Origin: Kipferlia bialata
Lineage: Eukaryota
Direction: 5' to 3'
NCBI GenBank assembly: GCA_003568945.1
Contig: BDIP01000051.1
Span: 1 to 36,125, forward strand
DNA: 36,125 nucleotides
Numbering within the stretch: position 1 is the first letter of the stretch; every line of letters begins with the position of its first letter. The notes beneath the pieces are model-generated. The model was not told the origin of the DNA, ran no database searches, and saw only the letters and a program-made list of their open reading frames with translations. Positions 12,758-25,504 of this stretch are shown here, piece by piece. Position numbers and translations under genes: made by a program.

Positions 12758-14623
12758 GTATACTATGAGAATACACACAATAGATATGTATGTATATACT
12801 ATACCATTCACACATCTGTATATATGGCAGGGCATGGAGTGAGACCAGGATGAATGAAAGGTATGTGATGTAATAACTGCCCATACCCAGGTGGTTGACC
12901 ACGAGTGATGCCATCTGGGAGACATGTGATATGTACATGTATACACATATATCTATATATTGTGATTCCCATCAAAGCATATATATACACATACACCGTA
13001 CCTAAGTGGTTGACCACGAATGATGCCATCTGGGATGCAGTGTAGGAGCAGCACTCCCACCTGGGGGTATGGAGGTGATATAAACACAAACACCTTACAA
13101 ATGGACATATTTAGGATTATGTGGTGGTCCATACCTGTGATCACCCCTCAGAGCTATATATAGTACATCGTATCTACGCCATGAGTATACCATACCTGTG
13201 AGTCCCCACCACCTCGTTCTCCACCGTGATGCCCCAGAGGTCAATCCCATGGGCAGCATATGCCTGAGGGGTCAGATGCTTCTATGTACATACATACATA
13301 TATATATATATACATATACACCCTCCCACCTCGAAGTACTTAGTGAAGTACTTGGCCCATGCTGCCAGGGTGCGGTCATCCCACTTGAGGCATGGGGTGA
13401 GGGGAGGGGGGTATATAGTATGTATATATACAAGAAATTGATGTAGACATGGGGTGACTTGGATATACAGAATAACAAGTAAATGTACGCACTATACATA
13501 TGTGTCAATCCATGAAGGTAGGGAAATGTGGGGATACACACACATACAGACATACCTGGTGTAGGGGAGGTCTCCATGGCTCCGTTGGACTGGGGGTGAG
13601 GGACCACGAAAGGGGGAGAAATATATGACTGTATGTAAATGTGTACCCATCTTCCTCCATGCGGGTGATATACTCAGGAATATGAATGCACCATATATGA
13701 CATATATATATGCACATATGTATGTGCATATACCTTCATCCAGGCCGGTGGTGACCATGGGCTGGCAAAGACAGAGAGGCCAGGGGTCAGGGCAAGGGCG
13801 TCCTGGGGTTATGGCTATTATGGATACATTGTACAGTATAGTGCACTGGCTACACTACATCCCCCCACCTGTATCATGGGTATCAGGTACTGTGTGTCGT
13901 GCTCCACACTGAAGTGGTCAAGGGCATAGTCACCCTGGGGGGTGAGATAGGGACACACTATATATACACATGTATATATGATATACTGATATGTATATAT
14001 ATATATATATACTAGAGTGGTCAAGGTCATAGTCACCCTGGGGTGAGGGGGGGACATAATATACATACACTATCTGTATGTATATACATACATAGTCATT
14101 CATGATACAGTCACCCCGGCTGAGGGAGAGAGAGACAGTGGAAAGTGTGTACACACTGCACCATACCTCCACGTCATCGTACGAGTAACTGCTGAGGCTG
14201 AGGTACACTACTATACATTTGACCACACACATATATATACACACTATGTATTACTACACTTGTACAATACCTCCGTGTCATCGTATGAGTAACTGCTGAG
14301 GCTGAAGTCACACGAGTTGATGTGGGTGCGGCACAGGGAGAAGCCCATGCCTGGGGGTGGGTGTATATATGCACACATTCACACACACATATACGTATGT
14401 ATATATATGTAGAAAGACAACGATAGTTATAGTTATCTATATTCGGCACAGCGAGAAGCCCATGCCTGGGGTGCGTACCCTTGTAAGCCATAGAGATAGT
14501 GGTGTCATTATCCTACTATAAAGCATAAATGCTACCACCCACCTTCCTCCTCATCGAAGAGTGTCCTCATGACCTTGGCCTGTGCAGAGGGGGGGAGCAT
14601 GGAGTAGACATAGGAGGCAGACT
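9554..14623 (-). CDS. Glycoside hydrolase family 30 glucosylceramidase-like protein; about 19 exons, 5' end not found
   Basis: GH30 motifs in order across in-phase exons: GMGFSLCRTHINSCDFS, ASPWSPPAWMK, LWGITVENE (acid/base), VLVFDHDK, DGVAFHWY, LLMGTEAC (nucleophile), WVIWNMLLDYTGGPN, DAPII, YYLGHFSK; ends NSIQTVVIEM* (TAA 9554-9556). Confidence 0.9.
12717..12753. repeat. (TA)n microsatellite, representative of many intronic (TA)n, (GA)n and (CA)n tracts
   Basis: Long TA run. Similar tracts occur in most introns, e.g. (CT)n 16524-16559 and (GA)n 33354-33387. Confidence 0.95.
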
Positions 14624-14653
14624 CTAGGGGTGAATGGAATGGTGTATATGTAT

Positions 14654-14685
<32 letters not shown>

Positions 14686-14832
14686 TAGACATAGGAGGCA
14701 GACTCTGGATGAGAGTAGAAACCATAGAGAGAGAAAGGGGGGGGGGGGGGGACAGAGGAGCACTGGGGGGGGGGGAGAGCCTGCGGATATAGTATTGGGT
14801 ATGGAAGGGTAACTGGCCTATGATCCAGTAAG

Positions 14833-14863
14833 CTGATACTGATACTGATACTGATACTGATAC
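14833..14863. repeat. (CTGATA)n hexamer microsatellite
   Basis: Five tandem CTGATA units. The same unit or its complement occurs at 2135-2154, 2245-2256 and 7851-7874. Confidence 0.9.
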
Positions 14864-15705
14864 AACAGGTATAATGGGCACAGAGTACAACGGCGGAAAT
14901 AGCGAATGGTGAAAGGAGAATGGGGAGGGGGGGGGGATACAACACATGCCCACTCAGTGAGTGGCTGGAACCACTGACTAACACATGAATATATGTCCAT
15001 ATGAATATATGTCTACACCCATATGTATATGTCAGCCATGCAATGCTATTAGCATGGCACATATACAAACAGTTGGCATAGACAGACAGATAGACTGAGG
15101 GATTGTTGCACACATGTGAGCATAGAAGAGTCACTCACTCAGACTCAACCACTGATACCAATGCACTGATGGATACTGACACCCTAAACACTGCTTGGTA
15201 GCAGTCGATATACTCATAAGCATACATATAGCGCCTATACTGAACGCAGTCCGCTAAGCACCACCAGACTATGCCTACTACCATGCATACCTGGTATATA
15301 CTTGCCAGTCTGGCATTAAGCTGGTCCAGATAGATCAGCATAGTCCCCTCTCCGCAGGTGCTGTCCTCAGACTATCCTGACGTACGGTCCCCTTACTCTA
15401 ACCTATTCCTCCCCCTATTCTCTGATTCACGCACTTACAGCTCACTGCCTGCTATCCACCTCCCCGCAGCCCACACACAGGTTAGCTTGACCGCTATAAA
15501 GCACTGTACCAGCCTAGTGGGGGGTGGGTTAAGTGGGTCTGTTTCTCAAGGCGCCTTTCAGCTTTCAAACACGTAAAAGGGTGCAGAGTAGTTTCTTCTG
15601 AACTAAGGGTTGATGTTCCTGGATCTGAATACGTGAATACACTCTATTCAACATTCAATAGAGTGAGTGAATTATACACTATCAACACAGCTTCTTGTGC
15701 CCTCC

Positions 15706-16519
15706 ATGTCACGTTATCGTGCCTGGCCACTTGTGTTGAGTGTGTTGCTGTGCCTAGCAGCCTGTCTTGGGTCCAAGTCTCCACTCAAGGCCAGCCTCAT
15801 TGGCCACAAGCACCATCTGGTCTCACTGTCCCCTGATAAGAGGTGTATATAGGTGTCCTCTCCCCTCCATTTCTGTATATATTTCTTGCCCCAAGCGTAA
15901 ACAATACCCTTTGAGTGAGCTGAATAGTGCTTGCACTTGTGCTCTCGTCTGTTCTCTATGATAGTCAGTGTCCACCGACTTCATTACACTGTCATTTATA
16001 CTATGGTTAGTTTACTATATTCCACTGCACTCTTACCCCAGCAAGAGACCATATGTGACCGACCTCCAGTATAGAGACTCCGTGTCAGTGCACCTCACAG
16101 ACATGGAGCCAAATGGAAGGTATGTAGATGTATTCATATGCATATGTGTATATGAGTATATATATATATGTATGTAGTTGGGTTACTGCTGTTGGAGTGC
16201 ACCTCACAGACATGGAGCCCAGTGGAAGGTATGTATGTATATATATATATATATGTATGTATATATATATATATGTATGTATATATATGAGTGTATATAT
16301 TTATATATCAGTTACGTCACTGGTGTTGTAGTGCACCTCACAGACATGGAGCCCAGTGGAAGGTGAGTATATACATGTGTTTGTGAGTGTATAATACCAT
16401 ACCTGTATAGGCGTTGGGTTACTGCACTTGTCAGTGGTGCTAGTGTTGAGGTATCTCACTCCCAGATATGAGCTAGTGTACTTCCCGACCCCAGAGTGCC
16501 AGGCCTCCCTGACACTGAG

Positions 16520-16562
<43 letters not shown>

Positions 16563-18622
16563 CCAGTAGTATCTCAGGCCTTCTTCATGCCAGTGAATCA
16601 GTGTATCAGTGTATCAGTGTGTTGTGTATCAGTGTATCAGTGTATCAGTGTATTAGTGTCTATATATATACATCATATCAGTGTATATGCCAGTGTAGTC
16701 CATTCCCACTCCGTATATTGATACTCTCACACCCTCCTCTCCCTAACTCTCTGCCACTCACATGCTCACCCATAGTCAATATGGATATTATCTAGTGTCA
16801 TTCTACATATTGACATGTACATATGTTGTGCAGTACCTTAGTCCTTATATGGAATGTAGCACCTTATACCTGTGCTTACAGTCAGGCTTGGCAGGGACTG
16901 CGACACAGACAGGGCAGGTATGAGTATTTATACATAGATATTTATGGATATTAGTATATATGTGTTTATATGTGTGTATGTATATATAGTATGTGTATAC
17001 ATAAAAATTAGGATATGAATATCTGTGATATTACTGTGACACGAACAGGGCAGGTATGTATGAGTATTGTGCGCGTATGTTTGTGATATAGTATATATGT
17101 ATGTATGGGCAAGGCACGTATGGTGGAGATACCCATACTAACCCATATTGTCATTTCTGTCTAGCCTTTGTCTGACCCCTTAGGTGTCTCTGTCACAGCT
17201 GACAGATTCCGTATAGTCACAGACAGTCAAGGGCATATCGAGAGGTATGCACATATATATGAATATTCAATAGGTCAGGGCATTCGCCATCTATAGTTCA
17301 GGATACATGCCTCACTATACACGTACTATACCTGGCATTCCCCTGTAGAGGCAGTCTATATATATATATAGATTGCTGAGCATTCACCCTAGAGTATCGG
17401 GTACTAGGGCCATGTGCACCGATGACACACTCACCCTGGAGGTAGACTCTAGGTATGCGGAGTATACACAGTATTTATAGTATGCATTGTTAAATCTACT
17501 ATGTTTACAGTGTCTGGGTCTTGTTCAGACTTCACTGTATGTATTTGTATACCCTGACCCCCCCATGTAAATGTAGCATAAGTATGTGTCTCTTGATCAC
17601 ATTTCACTATATATAAATTAACCTGTACCCTTCGTGTGGGACCCCTCCATGCCTCTGACCCCATGCTACCCATTGCGTGTACCCTCTATTGGGACCTCAA
17701 CACAATGGTGGGCGCTGTGCCAAAGGTGTGGGGTCATGTATATATATATATTATATGTATCATATTCAACAAGTTTATTGTGTGCAGTTTCCATTATGTA
17801 TTATCCTTGTGTTATTCCTTATCGTTGCATTAGATAGCTCTCTCTCTGCACTTTTTGGATCTCCTTCAACCCTTCCGATTACCTCAGCGTGTTGGACGCT
17901 CTCTCTCCCCCATGTGTGGGCTGATGGTACTTGTGGTAAAGGTGAGTGATGTCATACTGAAAGAGTATATGCTTGTTTCTTGCAAATCATCTATTCTGTG
18001 TGACATGTTTTGTCTCTAGAGTGGCTGATTCAGATTGTGCAGCGTGTACTAAAGGGAGCTCGCAACCCAGGGAACAGAAGAGACAGAGGCAAAGTGCCAG
18101 AGAGTGAGGAGCCCCAAAGCGTGGTATGATATGTGTCATCTAGCGATACCCTATTGTTCACCACATATAACATAATCTTATTCAAAGGATATATGGAAGA
18201 CTACGAATCGCAATGAAGCCCACGAGCATGCGAGGGAGAGACACACCTATGGGGGTGGACGGGCTAGTCCAGAGGAGGTGGATATGTGGAGAGAGAAGAG
18301 AGGGGGACAATGCCAATCGACAGCGGGTAGCACACACACTCCCCGTCCTACTCATAGTAATAGTAGCACGAGTGATAGTATGAGGGAAGGGCCACCTGGT
18401 GAGGAAGGGTCTGGTAGTGACGAAGTGTCTATGGCGGAGAGCGTCAGCGGGACCCCTTCCACAGACTGGACTCCAGAGGGTGACGCAGAGGGGAATGATG
18501 CTCTCCAGAGAGACTCCGCTGCAAGTAGTGGGACTCCCTCCTCTGATATGCCATATGGGATGGCACTAGAGGATGCAGACCCTGTGGCCGATACAACAAG
18601 TATGTACACGCATCCGTCGTAG
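15706..18622 (+). CDS. Hypothetical protein with an N-terminal signal peptide and a low-complexity Ser/Glu-rich C-terminus; middle exons uncertain
   Basis: MSRYRAWPLVLSVLLCLAACLG (signal-like), then in-phase exons SKRPYVTDLQYRDSVSVHLTDMEPNGR / YELVYFPTPECQASLTL / GVSVTADRFRIVTDSQGHIE / VSGTRAMCTDDTLTLE. The terminal ORF ends at 18622. Junctions at 17440-18020 are ambiguous and the C-terminal part could be a separate gene. Confidence 0.5.
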
Positions 18623-18903
18623 TCTGTAAGGAATAGAATGAACAATTGTCCCTCGTTACACTGTCCATCGCAGTACCCTTGTCATTGGCAGTTCTTGGGA
18701 GTAAGACACATATATGCTTGGAGTGGTGTCTAAGATAGATCAGTGATCAGGTCACTGCAGGCTGCCGTCTGAACTAATCGTAGGAACAGTGATGCGGAGT
18801 GTGACTGAGACGACAAGTGGCTCCTTGTGTGGGGCATCTTTGCCTCAAGGTAACAGGATCAGTGTCTGCAGTGCAGGGTTATAGGTGCTCGGAATCCCTT
18901 GCC

Positions 18904-19660
18904 AAGGGATTATCCCTTTGAGTCCAGACTAGGAGGAAACCACATGGCAATCGGGTGTCTGCTTGGACTATGAAACAATCGTACTTCATATCCCCAGAGG
19001 AGCCATATGATATATGATGTCAGTCAGTATTGCAAGTATGACGGGTAAAGTGTCTGAGAATTCGACTTTACGAACGCATCACAGAGGCATAGAGAGGGAG
19101 AGTGGATGAGTTGGTGCTTTCGTCATTGCCTGATTGGGTCTCAATACTAATAACGCAGACTATACTATAGAGTGTATAGTGAGCACTGAACTACTTGTTC
19201 AGTGAACTACATAAACCTGCAATGACCAATCAGCCATATACAAGACTCAGTGACTGTAACCAATATTCCTAACGTAACACTCACTAAAGAATGACATTTA
19301 CGATATTACCACTGCGGTCACTCCGTGGTCTATCCTTCTAGATCTGTTGATGCGTTTTGGATTCGTCACTTGTCACAAGTGACTCACTTGTGACAAATGG
19401 CACCGACACGGAAGATGGGTTCCGCTACAATGATGAGTCATAAGTTATGACTCATAATGCATCTATGACAGAGAGAATATGTCTCCATTGGAGAGTGAGG
19501 ACCTCATTGAGGTTGTTACTGAAATAGAGAGCCGGGGGGTTCTCTATTCTCCAATTCACAGTATGGAGGAGAGTAGGTCTGTGTTGGGGCCAAGAGGCTC
19601 TGTAGGGTCGGGGACCGTCGAGGACCCTCTATAGACAGGAGTCATGTCACATGATTGTTG
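18904..19660. repeat. Cluster of short inverted repeats with 1-nt spacers
   Basis: AAGGGAT-T-ATCCCTT 18904-18918; GTCACTTGT-C-ACAAGTGAC 19365-19383 overlapping TTGTCACAAGTGA-C-TCACTTGTGACAA 19370-19396; ATGAGTCATAA-G-TTATGACTCAT 19433-19455. Confidence 0.8.
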
Positions 19661-20419
19661 AGAGATAACGAGACTTGTTAGCGGCAATGGTGCAAGACCA
19701 TAGGCTTAGCGTCATTGCAAAGGCTTCATTCTATAGAGTATTGTGTAAGCTATTTAGTATAGTGTCTGTACTATAGACTCTATTCTACAGCCAAGAGTGT
19801 GTGATGAAACACAAAGTATACTCTCAATTCCCATAGACTCCAAGGGAAACCTATACATATGTATATCTCCATCTATACTATAGTTAATTAGTCGGTTGCT
19901 ATTTGGCACTGATACCACCACCGGTTCTATGTAGAGAAATACTGTACTGACCCGCACACCAGTGGTTAGGAGTTCTGACTGTATACCCATATCGACACTC
20001 ACTCAGAGTGTCGGTGCTGCTCGGTGTACAACTTTTCGACCACCAGTGATATTGGTCCACTAATGAGGTTACTTGTATTAACTCGAACACTATTTGTTTC
20101 TAATATACGTAATGTCCACATTAGTGGAGTCGTGACACTGTCACTGAGGGTGTTAACTTCATGGACACTCAATACACTGATAAGTAATACATAGACACCA
20201 GGATCTTGCCACTTGGACATATACAATGGATGTGCTGACTCTTCTCGAGCCAGCACTCAACTCATTTACGATAATAATTCTAGATGCTACACGATAATGA
20301 ATGTGATGAATGTGGTGTGACAGGGATAGATGCTGTGAAACATCCCACCACTGATCACTCTAAGCGGGAGCGAGCACGAACACAACACCCGAAGAGGCAC
20401 ACCTTGCCTCCAGTCCCAA

Positions 20420-20450
<31 letters not shown>

Positions 20451-20458
20451 ACTGACAC

Positions 20459-23400
20459 CTATGACATGAACTGCCCGTACACTGCCACTCCAGCCAGTCC
20501 CAGACACAGCCAGTTGAGGGCCTCCTGCTTCCTGTTCCACCGGCCAAAGGCCTAGGGTGAGGCATAGAGGATATATATATATGATATATATACACATATA
20601 TACATATACATACAATATGTCCCACATGCCAGAGGCCTGAGGTATGAGGTGGACGCGTAGTATATAATGGATGTATATATAGCACATCTATCCACAGATA
20701 CTATATGTGTAGGGTGCCATAGGCCAACCGGTGGGGCATGGACTGACTGCATACAGCATACCATGAACACCAATAATATATGCAGTGGCAATGAGATATC
20801 GGTGCAGGTCTCTACTCTTGCAGATAATAAATATTACACATATACACACAAGAGTGCACTTACCTGAATGATACTGTGACTCAACACACACACACATATA
20901 TCTATATACGAGAACCATATATAAATGTCGACAGTACACCCCCCCACCTGGATGATCTTTTTGTGGCTGAAGCATGGGATGAGGAATGCGTATATGCCAC
21001 CACCCACAGCCCCAGCAAATCCTGAGGGTGAGTAGCTATCCGCGAGATACTAGTATACATATAGGTAAGGACCACGACTGAGAATAGTAGTAAGAGAGCC
21101 CTGACCACCGCTTAGCTCTCCGAGAGAGATCAGTACATACATATCCTATCTGAATACAGAGAAATACGATACAAGACACTAACACACTGTCCCCCAAGAT
21201 GTCTCCGATATATATATATACTACCTAGGATATACATACACACTACCTAGGATGTCTCCGATATTTGGATAGAACAGAGCACACATGAGGCCTATAAACA
21301 CCACAGCTGCATTGGCGCTGTACTTGACCAGAGGATTGAGCATGGGGTCCATCCTAGGGGTCAGATACTAGAACATTGAGAGACATATATCTACATAGTG
21401 ATAGATACTATACATGTATATGACTATGCCCTGCAAAGGGTTCAGCATGGGGTCCTTCCTAGGGGTCAGACGTATTATCATACTAAAACACATATAAACA
21501 GTGATAGAATCATATATAATAACATATATACATATATATACACATATATATAAGAATACCCTGCAAAGTGTTCAGCATGGGGTCCTTCCTAGCTATCAGA
21601 CACTAGGCCTAATACATTGAGCACACACATATATATATGGTGATATATATATGTATATGTAACTAAGCGTATCCTGTCACTGGGTCCAGCCTTATATGCT
21701 GGATCTACTGTATACTATCCTACTACACGTGTATATGAATATGAATGTACTTACACACAGAGTATATATATATACACCTATATATATACACACGTATATA
21801 CCTAGCGTATCCAGTCACTGGCTCCAGTCCAACCTTCTGTGCCAGGGACTGGTTGGACTCCTGTACATACAGGTCAGAGGCTGGGGTCAGGGAGATATGT
21901 ATATGTATAATTTAATATATGCATACTTGCTGTCCGTACAGGTCAGAGGCTGGGGGTGAGGGATATGGGAATAGCAGAAAACAAATATATATGGATGGAC
22001 GAACACTCCACATGGCTCTGTTGGTACAGGTGAAAGGATAGGCAGCATTTACAAACATATATACACTTATCCATTCCTCTCCAAACTTACACACATAATA
22101 CATATTGATTATACATATGTAGGCATATACATAACCATACCCATACCTGCCCTGCCTCTCTTCGGTGTATATACCCTTATCCACTCCTCTCCTAACGTAT
22201 GTATATAACTATATATATATATGTATATAAATACTATATATATACACCCGTACCTGCCCTGCCCCTCTTGGGTGTCCCATACCCTTAATCCATTCCTCTC
22301 CTAACGCATATGTATATACATATATATATATATTCGTATATGAATATATCCACCCATACCTGCCCTGCCTCTCTTGGGTGTCCCATACTCCACACCCTCA
22401 CCTAAGGGGGTCAGTGGAATATTAGTGGTACTATACTATACTATAATGGTACTAAGGGTCAGTGTCAGTGGAATGGAAGTAATACTACCAATAGACTCAA
22501 TATTGTCATGATTATGAAATCACACCTGACACTGAGATCAAGATACAGTAAATATTTATGCAAATATGTGCTTAACAACCCACCCTGGTACAGAAGTGCC
22601 TGGCCCTCAGTGGTGTGCTCAGGGTGCCCCATGTCTCTCTCTCTCTCCCCCTCCCTCTCCCCCCCTCTCCCCTCCTCAGTGTCGATGACACTCAGCCTCG
22701 AGGGACGCTCTGGGGTTAATGCAAGCTAAAATTATATACATATACATACATATACATATCTCATCATATATTTCACTCTATACAAACACTCAGCCTCGAG
22801 GGACGCTCTGGTGTTAATCTAAGGTATAATGAATATATACTCAGTATATATCTCACAATGTATCTCACTATTAACCTCACAATACACAAACACTCAGCCT
22901 GGACGGCTGCTATGGAGTCGTTACCCAATACAGTCTTGCTCACTATACATATATACATGCCTGGGGCCTTGGGGGGGAACACATGTATATATGTATGAAT
23001 CACTAAATACAATTATATCCAAACAGTATATGAGACACTATAAACACACACCTGGGGTCTTGGGGGGGAACATGGGAGCCTCACTCCCATCCAACGTCTC
23101 GCTCTCTTCCTTGTGGAACATATCAATGGACCGCTGAGGTTAGGATAGGTGGATAGAACCAAGAGTAGCAGGGAAAGATGGATAGATATAGTGTGGTGTT
23201 GCTGGAATAACTAGGCGCGGTTCAGTTAATCAAATATACTTGAGGAATAGTGACAGTATCAAACACTAATATACACATATATCTATATATCTGTATAGAC
23301 ATATAATATCTGTGTATTCCTATGTATTCCTATGTATATGTGTATATCTATGTATATCTATGTATATTATATATATATATATAATATCATATATATAATA

Positions 23401-25471
23401 TAACATATTGCATAATACAATATATTGTATATATGGAGTATCTGTGTATGCCTATGTACATGTATATGTGTCCATACCCTTGACACCCTGGGTGTTGATG
23501 CCGCATCTCTCATCCTGACGGACAGGGCATGTCTCTTGGCCTGGGGTGGGATGTCTATCACATATATATATATATATGTGTATATATGTGTATTCTATAT
23601 ATACATATATTATACAGATACGAATACATGTATATAGGCACGTCTCTTGGCCTGGGGTGGGGGACACATTATGGATACATATCACACATATATAAATGTA
23701 TATATATGCAATGTATTCAGATAGCATATCTACATGTATATGGGCATGCCTCTTGGCCTGGGGTGGGGGGCATATTATGCATATATATACACTTCTATAT
23801 ATATATACATATGTGCCTGGCTGTCCCTCCTCTGGTACTCTCTCCCTCATAGTACATATGTACATATATATGTGTATATATATACTTCTATACATGTATA
23901 CTACTCTTCACCTGGCTGTCCCTCCTCTGGTCCGTGTACATCCAGTATACAAACATAGGAGAGTCTACACATATATACAGAGTATAGAGTGTATGTACGT
24001 ATACATACATACCTGGCTGTCCCTCCTCTGGTCCGTGTGTATCCAGTAGATGCCAACAAGGTTCTCTGGCACGTTGGAGTATATATACTACATATATGGC
24101 ATGTTAGACGGGGATAGATAGAGAGGGGGGGAGAGAGAAAGAGGGGGGGGAGAGAGAGAGAGAGAGAGAGATGCCAACAAGGTTCTCTGAAGCATGTTAG
24201 ACAGGGAGAGTATATATACGACATTACTATATAGCAAACTTGGTTCTCTGGCATGTTAGACGGCGATTATACAATTATGCACCACTTATCTACTCCAAAA
24301 TCGATGCCTGTAAGGCAAGCACAAGTAAGAATAACCAACAAATCTTCTGTGCCACTAGACAGGGACCAGTATCAGAGTCAATATCAGGAGAGTACGATAC
24401 ATGTGAGTGTATATGAGGATGAACGGTAACCTCTTCAAGTCTGAGAATATTACCGAGCAATATGTGTAGTATCCGTACATACATATCACTCAAGAAAGAC
24501 AACATAACAATCTCCATCTTCATATGCATACCTCTAACTATGAGGATGATGACTGGGAACACGCAGAGAGTATGATACACATGAGCATGTATGAGGATGA
24601 CCGGTTACTACATGTGCATGTATACCTCTAACTATGAGGATGATTACTGGGAACACGCAGAACAGGTCCAGGAACAACAGAGCAGACACAATGCCGGTGG
24701 CCAGATCCTCAGGGAACAGCTCGGACTGGGGGTGGGTATATATATGGGGTTAAGACACATACTCTACTTAGAGTATTTAGAATACTTACAGTATACACTT
24801 ACACGTATATAGCTCACACTCCCTACAATAAGAGACATTTGGCACTGCGTACACATAGACACACTGTGTCATATTCAAAGTTAGAATAGTGGATGTGAGA
24901 CATACACCATGTCACGTACAAAGTCCTGAGGGATAGACACATACTCTACATGCCGTATACACACACATATATATATAAACATGAATCTACACTTAAGTCA
25001 CGTACAAAGTCCTGTGGGATTGTGATGCCCCTGTACCCGAGCATGCCTATGCTGCCCACTGTGACATTAAGGACTAGGGTGATGAGGTAGGACAGCCACG
25101 TGTCCCGGGTGCGCTTGGGGGGGTTGCCATGACACCTGTGGGAAGGGAGAGAGAGAGGGAGAAAGAATGGGAAGGAAAGCAACATGGTATGGAACTACGA
25201 CCCTTCTCCTTGCACAATATCACTTTGTTACTATGAGATACATTTGTGCCCACACATAAACATACCTCATGATTGTGAGGATGACGGAGTGGATGAAGAA
25301 GTTGGTCACACAGACACCCAGGAACTTGAGGGTCTGACATAAGGGGCTAGATGGAGAGAGAGAAGAAACAGAGAGATAGAGAGAGAGAAGTTGGTCACAC
25401 CTACACCCAGGAACCTGGGGGTCTGGATGTGAGGGGGTGGTTATGTAGATACTATATATATGTATGTATAC

Positions 25472-25504
<33 letters not shown>

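Noticed and set aside
19754..20256. Short minus-strand ORFs as a transposon or viral gene
   Set aside because: They are interrupted by stops, have no recognisable motif, and I see no terminal repeats or target-site duplication.
20688..20830. Hydrophobic stretch SRDLHRYLIATAYIIGVHGMLYAV as the last transmembrane exon of the transporter
   Set aside because: The exon at 20459-20551 (AFGRWNRKQ...YGQFMS*) joins in phase, has a consensus acceptor and matches the family C-terminus better.
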